This document shows, in pieces, positions 38,932 to 50,569 of a stretch of DNA of 64,000 nt (position 1 is the first letter of the stretch; each line of letters opens with the position of its first letter). The notes below the pieces were generated by a model that saw only the letters and a program-made list of their open reading frames with translations, had not been told where the DNA came from and did not search any database. A program made the translations under genes and the position numbers. The stretch is from Somniosus microcephalus (lineage: Eukaryota): NCBI GenBank assembly GCA_052327205.1, contig CM126203.1, forward strand, positions 270,630,001 through 270,694,000, written 5' to 3'.

Positions 38932-39700
38932 CTGAAAATAAAGGATAATCTTGTATTAAATTATTTTTAAAAAGTGTAACCTTCTGGTTTGAGAAGAATT
39001 ACTGAGTTCTCAGCAGTTGTCTTTTTTCATATTCACCTTTATTTGCTTTGCTGCTGATGCCAACCAACAGATAAGGAGGTAGACCTTCCCAAGTGTTGGT
39101 TCATGGTGGGAAGTATGCAAGATCAAGCAATAGATAACAGCTCTTCCCTGTAATAGGGCACCTCAGTTCTTGCCTCAGCTCAGAACTAGGAACTTACTTT
39201 TCTCCCCATCTCCTAATGTTATATATCCTATTCTCTCCTGTAATGCCTGACTTATGCTGGGTTATGATTCATTGGGTGCTGGCATGGCAGCCATTGGTAC
39301 TTTAGTCATTCATAATGTGTCAGACTAAACAGCAAGCGTCAGGCTATTCGACCTTGGAGGACCTCACCACCTGAACCAATCCTGTCCTTGCACAACATCT
39401 TTCCACTATGCGTCAGTAAATAGTAATTAGGAAGAGGAGCACCAGTTTATTTTACCCTCAGCTCAAGGATTCTGACAAAACTAACTGTGGCATCCCAAGT
39501 GCAGAGATCAGTTAACCCAGCACAAACGGAGAATCAAATCTGAAACTTTCTGATCTTTTTGGCTTATTACTAATTCCCCCAAGTGATTGGGGAGCTATAA
39601 ACTTAGTATAATGGTCTATGGCTAAAACATTATAATGCAAATTATCAAGAGAGATATTAATAAAGTGTGACTCTCTCATCACACAACACCAAAGCATCAT

Positions 39701-39937
39701 ACAAAAGCAAAATACTGCGGATGCTGAAAATCTGAAATAACAACAGAAAATGCTGGAAATACTCAGCAGGTGAGGCAGCATCTGTGGAGCGAGAAACAGA
39801 GTTAACGTTTCAGGTCGATGACCTTTTGTCAGAACAGTTCTGACGAAGGGTCATCGACCTGAAACGTTAACTCTGTTTCTCTCTCCACAGATGCTGCCTG
39901 ACCTGCTGAGCATTTCCAGCATTTTCTATTTTTATAT
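39701..39937. mobile_element. Palindromic Penelope-type insertion (two inverted copies of the terminal unit)
   Basis: ~100-bp arms symmetric about 39836. 11-bp direct repeat CAAAGCATCAT at 39690-39700 and 39938-39948. Confidence 0.85.
39836..39872 (+). ncRNA. Minimal type I hammerhead ribozyme motif
   Basis: AGUU-CUGACGA-A-GGGUC(AUC)GACCU-GAAA-CG-UU-AACU: conserved core, stem II hairpin, palindromic ACGU stem III, stem I AGUU/AACU. Confidence 0.65.
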
Positions 39938-40778
39938 CAAAGCATCATTACTCTTATGGCACCTAAAATAACTGGATGAAGCCAGGGTGTTCTGACTGGT
40001 GCCATTTTTGGTGCAGCCAAACACATTTCTACAGGGCCTGGCATTCCAATCTGGTAATGAGAATGGCGAACTGCCTTTTCAAGGTCCAAATCAGTATCTG
40101 CTGCCAGACATCTGCAGCTACTGTGCAGCAGAAGGCTGGAACATTCATTAACAGTAATGGTCAGCCATGGCCTGAATCTTGGTTCAATCTCCAAGCTTGC
40201 ATGCTGCAATGTTGACTTATCGAGACGGCAAAGCTCCTTCCAACCACTTCATGCAGCACTTCCTTGACTTCAGCAATGAAACTGAGAGTTGGGTGATTGA
40301 CTGCATTTTCACTTACCTGCAGACTGAGGCTGGCACCTTGGGTTTCCCTTTCCTTCATGTTTACCTGTCTCAGTCCCCTGCTCCTTCAGCCTTGGCATGA
40401 CTGCTAATAGTTGATATGTCTTTTGACACTTTTCAAAGGCTTTCAGAATGTTTATCCCCTTATTGTGAAATTCCCAACCCACGGAATTTCACTTGGATGG
40501 AATTTTCCTCTCCCACCATTCGTCTGCTCTTTAGATCCGTCCAAACTTACATCTCAAGTTATGTTAATAAGCTGAACCTCAGGAGAGGGGGTAACTTTTT
40601 CTTTGAAGGATCGCCACTTTTATACAGAAGGTAAATATAATAACCATGAACATGCTGAGACATGTTTCAATGTGAATGACATTACTGCAATGTATGATTG
40701 CAGAACAAAAAAGAAAACGTATTTAAAACTTGGCTATAAGACCCTTCTTTATTGTAATACAGTTATTTAAACACAAAC

Positions 40779-40883
40779 CTTCGGCAAATTTGTTTTCCAG
40801 CTCGGTGTTTCCTATAGCCTTTGCTGCTTGACACATCTGTCGTAGGAGTTCTTCCAATCGTCTCATACAACGAATTATGCTCC
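40779..40883 (-). CDS. MTREX: MTREX penultimate exon (105 bp): (G)SIIRCMRRLEELLRQMCQAAKAIGNTELENKFAE(G)
   Basis: aaacag/gtttgt boundaries. Mtr4 C-terminal (DSHCT) sequence. Phase consistent with both neighbouring exons. Confidence 0.96.
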
Positions 40884-41161
40884 CTGTTTTAAAATTTAAA
40901 AAAATGAGGTATGTTACTTCGGCAGAAAAGAGAATTTTTCCAGCAAGTATGGACAATGTTAATTTGGTTGAAGTTCTGGTTAGCTACAATGAAACAACCC
41001 ATTGTCTCAATGTAGCTTAGTTACCTTCGTTCTCTTTAACTTTTAATTTTGCAATTTTTGCTCCATAGAACAAGCTGGTGCAAATATCCATACAAAACAT
41101 TGCAGAGCAAATAGCTCAGTGTTACATAAAAGTCGATGTATATATCAAAAAGATGATATTA

Positions 41162-41488
41162 CAGGAGACTTTGGTTTATCCGGAGGTTATATGTCCAGAA
41201 TACTCGATCTAACGGCAAAAATCAGGAGCCGTTTTCTATAAGTTTTTTTTAGTTCTCGTTGCTTTTTTCCCCCCCAGTCAGGCACTGCAAGGTCTGTAGC
41301 TATAGCAACAGCTTCAGCTAGAGACGCTTGCAGCTGCAGCCGACTGTTTTGAAGCTGTTAGGGTTTGTTGATTCACACGGAGCTTTTCAGTTCCGTATCT
41401 CTCAACATTAACGCTGGTATGTCCGGCGCTTTTGATGGTACGGCACCAGCTCGGTCCCGTCAGTGCCGGATATCAGAAAGTTTCCATG
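41162..41488. mobile_element. Degenerate Tc1/mariner (Tigger-like) MITE
   Basis: TA|CAGGAGACTTTGGTTTATCCGG ... CCGGATATCAGAAAGTTTCCATG, imperfect TIRs, CpG-rich interior. Confidence 0.5.
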
Positions 41489-41794
41489 TTGATATATGTA
41501 ATGGTGCATTAGGATTCCAGCAACATGTACTGGGGGCAGAATTTTGACTGGCGGTTAATTGGTTAGTTATTATGCTTAGATGTCATTAAAAGGTTAAGTA
41601 CTAGAATTTTTTTTTCTGTTCAAGATACTCCATCTCCCCATGTGTGGATGAAAGTATTATCAATATATTTTACCTTTAAAACAATAGTCTCTCAAAATTT
41701 GCTACCTAATGGAGACCCATTTTTCACGTCTGTCCCTCAAGAGTCACTCCAGTGATGTTAACTGTGGACAGAGCTATTTGAGCCCCAGATAACA

Positions 41795-42372
41795 AAAAAA
41801 ACTACAGTTTTATAGCACTCATTGTACAGAAATGCCTCAGGATGTTTACAGAAAGGTAACTATCCAGGAGGAGATGAGGAAGCGGAAAAGTTGAGCATGG
41901 GACAAATGCATAATCAAAAAGGGTCTTATGGAAATTTTTGAAGTCAGGGAGGGAAAGCGGCATGATTGAGCTGCTGAGGGAGGGAGGTCCAGAAGCATAT
42001 GGCAGAGGGAGTAGTCATTCATGGAGAAGCAGAAAATGAGTAGCAGCCTGGTGTTGGGAGCACTAGACATTGCAAACACGGCCATAGGGCTGGAGGAGAT
42101 AGGAAGGACTGAAGCCATGAAGGGATTTGAAGGCGAGGAAAAGAACCTTAAAGTTGACTCGAGGACAAGGGAAGTCAATGGAACTTGGTGAAAACAGGGG
42201 TGATGGGGATGTGGGTCTCGTTGCGAGTGCACAGGCTGGGTATTCTGGATGAATTGTGGTTTGTGAATGTGGGGAGGCCAGGATGGAGAATTTTGGAGAA
42301 GGCCAGCTGTGAAGTGCTAAAAGTGTTGATCAGGATTAGCAGAGGGGGAGACATAAGGTGAAGGTGATGTTG
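41795..42372 (-). mobile_element. Old L2 fragment
   Basis: HIPITPVFTKFH-like remnant, similar to 29360-30121. Confidence 0.6.
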
Positions 42373-42531
42373 CATAGATTGCTCCATTCCTTTCAATGTT
42401 GGCTTTAAAACTTCAAACTGGAACTATAAGAAGTCCCAACAATTAGACTGCATAGTAGGTGCGTTTGTTGCAAGAAGGTAATGCCTGCTTTTTGATGACA
42501 GCGAGATTTAGATTTTCTGTTGGAGAATTTT

Positions 42532-43708
42532 GGCAAGCATTTATTGCTCATCCCTAATTGCCTTCGAGAAGGTGAGCCGCCTTCTTGAACAGCTACAGTC
42601 CGTAAGGTGAAGGTACTACCATAGCGCTGTTAGGGAGGGAGTTCCAGGATTTTGACCCAGCGACGATGAAGGAACCGTGACATATTTTCAAGTCAGGATG
42701 GTGTGTAACTTGGAGGTGATGGTGTTCCCATGCACCTGCTGCCCTTGTCCTTCTAGGTGGTAGGGGTTGCGGGTTTGGGAGGTGCTGTCGAAGAAGCCTT
42801 GGCGAGTTGCTGCAGTGCATCTTGTAGATGGTAAACACTGCAGCCACAGTATGCCAGCAGTGGAGGGTATGAATGTTATTTAAGGTGGCGGATGGGGTGC
42901 CAGTCAAACAGGCTGCTTTGTCCTGGATGGTGTCAAGCTTCTTGAGTGTTGTTGAAGCTGCACTCATCCAGGCAACTGGAGAGTATTCCATCACACTCCT
43001 TACTTGTGCCTTGTAGATGGTGGAAAGGCTTTGGGGAGTCAGGAGGTGAGACACTCGCCACAGAATACCCAGCCTCTGACCTGCTCTTGTAGCCAAAGTA
43101 TTTATGTGGCTGGTCCAGTTAAGTTTCTGGTCAATGGTGACCCTCAGTATGTTGATGGTGGGGGATTCGGCAATGGTAATGCCGTTGAATGGTGGCGGTT
43201 AGACTCTCTCTTGTTGGAGATGGTCATTGCCTGGCACTTGTGGTGCAAATGTTACTTGCCATTTATCAGTCCAAGCCTGAATGTCGTCCAGGTCTTGTTG
43301 CATGCAGGCATGGACTGTTTCATTATCTAAGGAGCTGTGAATGGAACTGAACACTGTGCAATCATCAGCGAACATGGCCACTTCTGACCTTATGATGAAG
43401 GGAATGTCATTGATGAAGCAGCTGAAGATAACTGGACCGAGGATACTGCCCTGAGGAACTCTTGTAGTGATGTCCTGGGACTGAGATGATTGGTCTCCAG
43501 CAAACACAACCATCTCCCTTTGTGCTAGTTATAACTCCATCCAGTGGAGAGCTTTCCCCCCCGATTCTCATTGACTTGTTTTACTAGGGCTCCTTTAGAA
43601 TTCAGCTCTTTTGTCCATGTTTGGACTAAGGCTGTAATGAGGTCTGGAGCCGAGCAGTCCTGGCGGAACCCAAACTGAGCATCGGTAAGCAGGTTATTGG
43701 TGAGCAAG
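42532..43708 (-). mobile_element. CR1-group LINE of a different family (RT and C-terminus)
   Basis: QFGFR, VPQGSILGP, FADD, YKAQVRSVMEY. GGG(C/T)AATAAATGC tail also seen on + at ~30189-30255 and 54700-55080. Confidence 0.85.
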
Positions 43709-44297
43709 TGCCGCAAAATCTGGGCCAATATGTCATTAAAGAAAGTTCCGGTGGTTGCTCAGGGAAGTGTAATCAACAAAACACAAACCACAGATTTGGA
43801 CTCCACCATAATGTACAAATGTAGTTACTTTCTGAGAAGGCCGAGCATCATTTGTACAGAGACTTGAAAACGTGACCAAAAAATGCAGCAGATTTACTTT
43901 CAGTAGTAACTGGGCAGTTGATTAGAATAATTTTTATTTTTGCATGACAAGCTTCTTCTGCAGTGAAATAAACTATTGTCCTTGTTTGCTGACCTGTAAT
44001 ATTGCCAGGACTCTTGCAAACAAACTGCCACAATTGCAAGTGAATTTATATCCATGAATCCCAACGGTTCCAAGAAGCCCCAAACTCATCTGGAATGAAT
44101 TATCATAACAGGGCAGAAACCCAACACAACTGAAGTTGTTACAGATTCCAAAAGCAGAGCCACGCTGCGCTTTGGCACTGTTCAGGTTTCATTTCTAACC
44201 TTTAATTACATGTAAACGGTACAAACTCTTCACTGCATATGTACTATTAATCCAAGCATTTAAGCACTGATTAACGAAGCACCATTTACAACTGTAA

Positions 44298-44545
44298 ATT
44301 TCTTCACCCAGAGAGTGGTGAACCTGTGGAATTCTCTACCACACAAGGCAGTTGAGGCCAATTCATTAAATATATTCAAGAAGGAGTTAGATATATTTCT
44401 TAAGGCTAAAGGGATCAAGGGATATGGGGAGAAAGCAGGGACAGGGTACTGGATTTGGATGATCAGCCATGATCTCATTAAATGGCGGAACAGGCTCGAG
44501 GGGCCGAATGGCCCACTCCTGCTCCTATCTTCTATGTTTCTATGT
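44298..44545 (+). mobile_element. Young CR1 3' end, near-identical to 24524-24775
   Basis: Same translation VNLWNSLPHKAVEANSLNIFKKELDIFLKAKGIKGYGEKAGTGY. Confidence 0.92.
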
Positions 44546-44749
44546 AACTTCTCATGTGAAGCACCTTGGGACGTTTTACTACGTTAAAGGCTCTACATAA
44601 AGGCAAGTTGTTATTGTCCGCAAAACTTCTGACTTCAATGCTTACGTTTTAGGATGCATTAAGCTTCTGATCACTAAATCCTAATGTTAATTCGATGTCA
44701 TACCTCATTTGGAAAATACATTAACTGGGATGTGGGGGGGGGGGGAGCA

Positions 44750-45630
44750 GTACCCAGTGTTGAGATCTACTGACTCTAATTTACATAAATGACTTAGATT
44801 CTGAAATTGAATGAAAACTGGCTAAATTTGCCAATGATACCAAATTAGGAAGTACAGTGGAATCAAAGATGGCAGCCGCAAAACTACAGAATCAGCTAAA
44901 TAAAATGTGAGTGGGCCAAGCAATGGCAGATGAAATTTAATGCAGACAAGTATAAAATATTGCACATAAAAATGAAAAATAGGCAACACGTACTCCATGA
45001 TTGGTGTTAAAATAGTTAAGGATGTAGTTGAAAGAGACCTAGGAGTCTTAATTGACTCAACACTCCATTCTATGCAGAGCAGCAATCAACAAAGCCAACA
45101 GAACGATGATCTACATGGCCAAAACAATATATGTCACAGTGGCCAAACTGTACAGTGCTCTGGTTGAACCACACCTTGAGTACTGTGTCCAGTTCCGATT
45201 GTTGAAAAACAAGTGAGACATTCAAGCACTGGAACCTGTGCAGAGAAGAGCCACGAAGCTGACCCTTTTTATCAGGGGTCTGAGTTATGAGAAAAGATTC
45301 TTGAGCTTTTCAGGCTGGAACAGAGGCATCTGAGAGGTGATCTTCGAGGTATACAAGATAATTAATGGTATAGAGAAGGTTAAGCATGGAACACGCCTTC
45401 AAATTAAAACAGTGGTAGTAGGACAACAGGAGACAGGTTCAAACTCGTAAAAGGTAACTTTAGAATCTTCTTCACACAAAGAATGATCAATACTTAGATT
45501 GGACTTCCAGTCAGGAGGCCAAAATCCTGGAATCATTTAAGAAACAATTAGATGCAGCAATGGGGGAAGTATTTTTCTGGATGGGTGTACTAAGGTGGGA
45601 TGAAAGGCTTTTCTCAGCTGGAAGTTTCTT
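44750..45630 (+). mobile_element. Old CR1 LINE fragment
   Basis: Degraded KFA(D)DTKL, WQMKFN and PHLEYCVQF remnants. Confidence 0.75.
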
Positions 45631-45835
45631 GTGAATAGGATTTTATTTTACAATTCCGAGGCCGGCACAGACACGATGGGTCGAAGGCCTCCTTCTGTGC
45701 TGTATATTTCTATGATATGATTCTATGATTAGCAGAAGCTAAATTATTTTCACTGCTTTGGAATGTAGTAGAACCATCTCCATATAAAGAGCTGAGGACG
45801 TGAAAGGTTGCGAGAAATAGATGCTTCTCACTGGC

Positions 45836-46780
45836 AGCGTCAGTTTCCACATGTACGCAGACGACACCCAGCTCTACCTCACTACCACTCCTCTCAACCT
45901 CTTCACACTACTTGTCCGACATCCAGTTCTGGATGAGCAGAAATGTTCTCCAATTAAATATTGGGAAGGCCGAAGCCGTTGTTTTCAGTGCCCGCCACAA
46001 ACTCCGTTCCCTAGCCACTGACTCCATCCCTCTCCCTAACATCTGTCTGAGGCTGAACCACACTGTTTGCAACCTTGGTGTCATATTTGACCCTGAAATG
46101 AGCTACCGACCACATATCCGCAGCATAACTAATACTGCCTATTTCCACCTCCTTAACATCGCCCGTCACTGCCCTTGCCTCAGCTCATCCGCTGCTGAAA
46201 CCCTCATCCACGCCTTTGTTACCTCTAGACTTGACTATTGTAACGCACTCCTGGCTGGCCTCCCACATTCTACCTTTCGGAAACTTGAGGTGATCCAAAA
46301 CTCGGCTGCCCGTGTCCTAACTCGCACCAGGTTCCATTCACCCATCACCCCTGTGTTCACTGACCTACATTGGCTCCTGGTTAAGCAACGCCTCAATTTC
46401 AAAATTCTCATCCTTATTTTCAATTCCCTCCATGGCCTCGCCCCTCCCTATCTCTGTAATCTCCTCCAGCCCCACAAGCCCCCGAGATATCTGCGCTCCT
46501 CTAATTCTGCCCTCTTGAGCATCCCTGATTATAATCGCTCAACCACTGGTGGCCTTGCCTTCTGTTGCTTCGGCCCTAAGCTCTGGAATTCCCTGCCTAA
46601 ACCTCTCCGCCTCGCTACCCCTCTTTCCTCCTTAAAACCTACCTCTTTGACCAAGCTTTTGGTCACATGCCCTAATTTCTCCTTAAGTGGCTTGGTGTCA
46701 ACATTTTTGTCTTTTAATACTCCTGTGAAGCGCCTTGGGACGTTAAAAATGCTATATAATTACAAGTTGTTTTTGTTGTT
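45836..46780 (+). mobile_element. L2-clade LINE 3' portion
   Basis: YADDTQLY, then a 314-aa frame with NLGVIFD, FVTSRLDYCNALL, LHWL; (GTT)n tail. Confidence 0.92.
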
Positions 46781-49700
46781 GAGAAGCCACATGCTCAACA
46801 TGAGTTTTCTTTATATAAAAAAGAACAAATTGGCCACCATCTCAAGTAAAATCTGAATCTCTGAAGCAGTACAAAACCTTTACTGTTGTGCTTCTCTATT
46901 GTTGTAGAAAGGCAATCTGCCTTTAAGAGCATAAATATAGACACACCTGCACACATTACATGCATATATATATATAATATATATTTGCACTTTGTCAGGT
47001 ACAATGGGTTCACTGTCAGTACATGAAGTTCATTGACACTGTGGGCTGATATGAGAGCAGTCTTAAGTAGTAATATCTGGAGGTCTCAAGAATCCATAGG
47101 TACAAAAATATCTGCCGAGTTTATTTAGGATCAGATACCTGAGAAAAGAAAATTCAGACCTTCCATGCCCACTTCATAAAAACAGAAAGCAAAGTTGCTT
47201 CCTTATTGTCTCACTCAGCAGTAGAGTGCTAAGTAGACATTGCTGAAGTGCCAGACTACTGTGGTATTGTCAGTAATCTGACTTCATTGTCTTGCACTTC
47301 TGCGTCAAAATGTTTACCGCCAGCCACATTGCTTTGAAATAGTTTTATGAGGCAGAGGAAGTATGGTAAATCTTCTGTGCCCAATGCTAGTGCTGGAAGC
47401 ATGGTATGCAGTTGCACCCCCATAACATTTGGCTCTTTGTGATTACTAATGAAGAAAGTTGGACACTATGCCAGAAGAAAATTCAGCTGCAGTGAAGTTA
47501 GTCGACCGATACTGATTCGTGTGTCTGGAACCAAGCTTTTCTGAAGGACAGATCTGGTGTTAGCTGCAGTTGGTAGTTCTCCCCAAGTGCTGAAGTGGAT
47601 AGTATTGTGCCACCTGAGCTTCAGCTTTCTAGAAAATATAATAATTACTGCAAAACCAAGCAACAAAATAGCCAACTTGGCATAAAACAATTTAGGGAAT
47701 AGTGACAACTACCCTGGGTTCCAACGTGCACTTTATAACTTAAAGTATCTTCATCCTGATGTGGGAACACAGATAAGGGTCTGTTTCACCAAGAAAAAGA
47801 TAATGAATGATTATAGTCTAAGTAAGACTGGTGAGGTGGACCAAAAAGGAAGACATCCCTTGCTAAAAGTGTGAACATTTAATGGACAGTGTAAAGTATG
47901 TGATTTTTCTTGTGGATGGAGTAATTTTCCCAAATGCATGTAGCATTTGAATGATTGAAGAATCTTCTTTATAAGGTTCATCTGAGGAACTTTATTAAAT
48001 GCCTTCTGAAAATCCAAGCAGATTATGTCCACTGAATCTCCTTCTACAAATTGAGTTATATTTTCAAAGAATTCCAGTAATTTCATGAAATGTGATTTAC
48101 AGCTTATTAACTGATTTTGATTATTCCTTATAGCCTGTCTGCTCTTCAACTGAGCATTGGTAGCACTCTCTAAGGTACTGCGAAACATTAGCCCATTAAT
48201 GTTAGACTGTATGATTCCCACTCCTTTTTGATCAGGTACAGATTTTTGATTAAAAGTATTAACCAAAGTCTTGCCAGCTTCCTCTTTTTTTAAGACTTCT
48301 GGGGTAGTGCCTTTGTAAAAGCCTTGAATAGACAATGGCCAAGTGAAAGGACTGAGTTTCATCCAAGTTCTATCTCCATAGTGAAACATAAAATGGAAAA
48401 TTAACTTTACATACACATACTGGAGGCAGCTGAATTAACAACTGAAAACATCAACCATATAATGCTGATGTGTATTATACAAAATTGATATTTGGAATGC
48501 AAAAATACATCTTTCTATTTCACATTTGAGCCTACAGCATGAAGCATTAACACAAGGCTGATGTGAAATTCATATTTAAAATAAACAAAGTAGGATGTTA
48601 CGGAGGGCAATGCTGTGACATGGTGCAATGTAACACCAGAGTGGAGGAATGCATGTTCAATCCCTAATTTTAGTTGCTGCTGTGGGTAAATAATGGATGG
48701 AAAGAAGGCAGGCAGCTCTTCACAAGGAGAATCTGAGAGAATTCTCTCCAGGTGTGCCCCCTGGTGCCTGCCGGAACAATAGCGTGAAGCAGGTCTAAGA
48801 AACAGGAGACACAGCCAGATGGCTCATTTATAAGAACAGAGAAGCTGGGGGAGAAGAAAATGTTTTTTCAAAATATTCACAAAATGGATGTTATGGAAGC
48901 ATCTTAATTCGAAAATGTTAATGCAAAAACAAAATCTTACAGAACTTATTGATGATTTTGAGGGATCTTTCCACACAATTTCCTTTCCTTAGCCACAGTG
49001 TCAAGGAGAGGTACGAAGAAAAGTAACAGGTTTTGATGCAGGAAGGGAAAAAAATCAACAGGGATCCATTGAGGGCTACTTTTACAGACCTCGTCATTTG
49101 GTTACAGACTGGTACTGAAAGGTAGTTAAAAGCAGGCCAGCTGCCAATGCTCTTGGCTAGGCAATAGGCAACTATGTATCGTGGGAACCAATGTATTGGA
49201 ATTATCAGAGTTTTACATTAGACCACAAACTTGATTCTCAAAATAGGTTTGAAAGGTATTAGAAATTAAATTCCAAAACAGCTGACAGAAAAATATTGTA
49301 CTAAATATTAGGTTTAAATATACTATTTCAACAATTAAAAACCAACAAGGCCATGAGAAACTATCAAAGTGATACAAAGAGGATGAATGAACAAAATGCA
49401 CTGCATCATCAAACTAGAGCAATGAACCATAGCACTAAAGAGCACAAAAGAAAGCATCAGCCCATCACGCCTGTGCTGGCTCTCTCTGATAGCAATCTGA
49501 AAACTAACTCCACGCTCTCCCTATAGACCTTTATATTACTTGATTTCAATATGTATCCACTTTTCCCTTAAAATATGCAAGTCTCTGTCTCAATTACTCC
49601 CTATGGCAAAGCATTCCAGGCTGTGTAACGAAATTTCTCTTAACCTTTCTCTTCACTATTAGTGACAATTTTAAATTAATGATTCCTCAGGGACCCAGAT

Positions 49701-50233
49701 ATTGTTTATGGCCACATGCAAAGAACAGGTTGTTCTTTCCACTTTCCACCCATTCCTCTGCCACCTCAAATCAACGTTGCCCTCTTTTCCTCTGAGGTTA
49801 TTAAAAGGTAATTTTATCCCAGCTTGTAAGTGAAACCATTCTACAACTACAATTGAACTGAAAAGTACTGTCATCATGCAAATATTGGGTTATCAAAGGG
49901 GGAAAGGGCTGAAAGAAAATTCTATGAGGCCAGGATTAAAGCACCAACTGTTATTTATAAAAGTTATTAAACTAGATTTTGGCAGCTAATACATCTAAAA
50001 TGTAATTGGGAAAGCCACCAATGGATGAAGTACAAGTGTAAAAATATTTGAAAGCGTCAATCTGTGATATTGCCTTGATATTCGTAACTAAGCTTGTGAC
50101 TTTGCATAGATAAAAGCAAACATTTTTTCAAATTCTAAAATCGAAACAGTATCAATAGTAAACTACTAAAGACAAATTTATTGCTGAACTCAAAAAAAAA
50201 TCAAAGGAACATGAAAATAATATTTATCATTAC

Positions 50234-50396
50234 CTTCAAAAACCTCTGTCATTTTGCAGATCTGAGCAAAAGTAGCTCCATTTGCCCATGTAAATACAAC
50301 ATCCATTAAATGGGGGCGAAATGAGTCCAGGTATATTTCCTCATCGACTTCCAGTTTGGCTTCTGCTGACACTTTGGCTATTCTCCTAGCACATTC
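50234..50396 (-). CDS. MTREX: MTREX exon (163 bp): ECARRIAKVSAEAKLEVDEEIYLDSFRPHLMDVVFTWANGATFAQICKMTEVFE(G)
   Basis: tttcag/gtaatg boundaries. Matches recalled MTREX DSHCT region. Confidence 0.96.
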
Positions 50397-50569
50397 CTGA
50401 AACCAGACATTATCTGAAGTTAACTTTAATTCAGATTTTCACCACCACGAGGCAAGCATATATAGTTTCACACAGGATTTGCTTCCTCAATGTTTAAGAG
50501 GTGTTGGTCTTCCTTAATGCTCAAATTATATTGGTAAATGTGTTGATGATTCCTTCCTTAAGCAGTATG

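Noticed and set aside
39735-39937. Canonical pre-miRNA
   Set aside because: Arms are too long and near-perfect, and derive from a dispersed repeat. Reported as a fold-back element instead.
39950-40400. Possible decayed Harbinger Myb exon on the - strand
   Set aside because: Only a vague resemblance (P.LSF..EVKEVL..V..R); not supportable without an HMM search.
47811-48416. 201-aa ORF as an extra exon or gene
   Set aside because: The only recognisable part is a CR1 RT remnant (LLEFFE...DFQKAF), and the flanking MTREX exons already join in phase.
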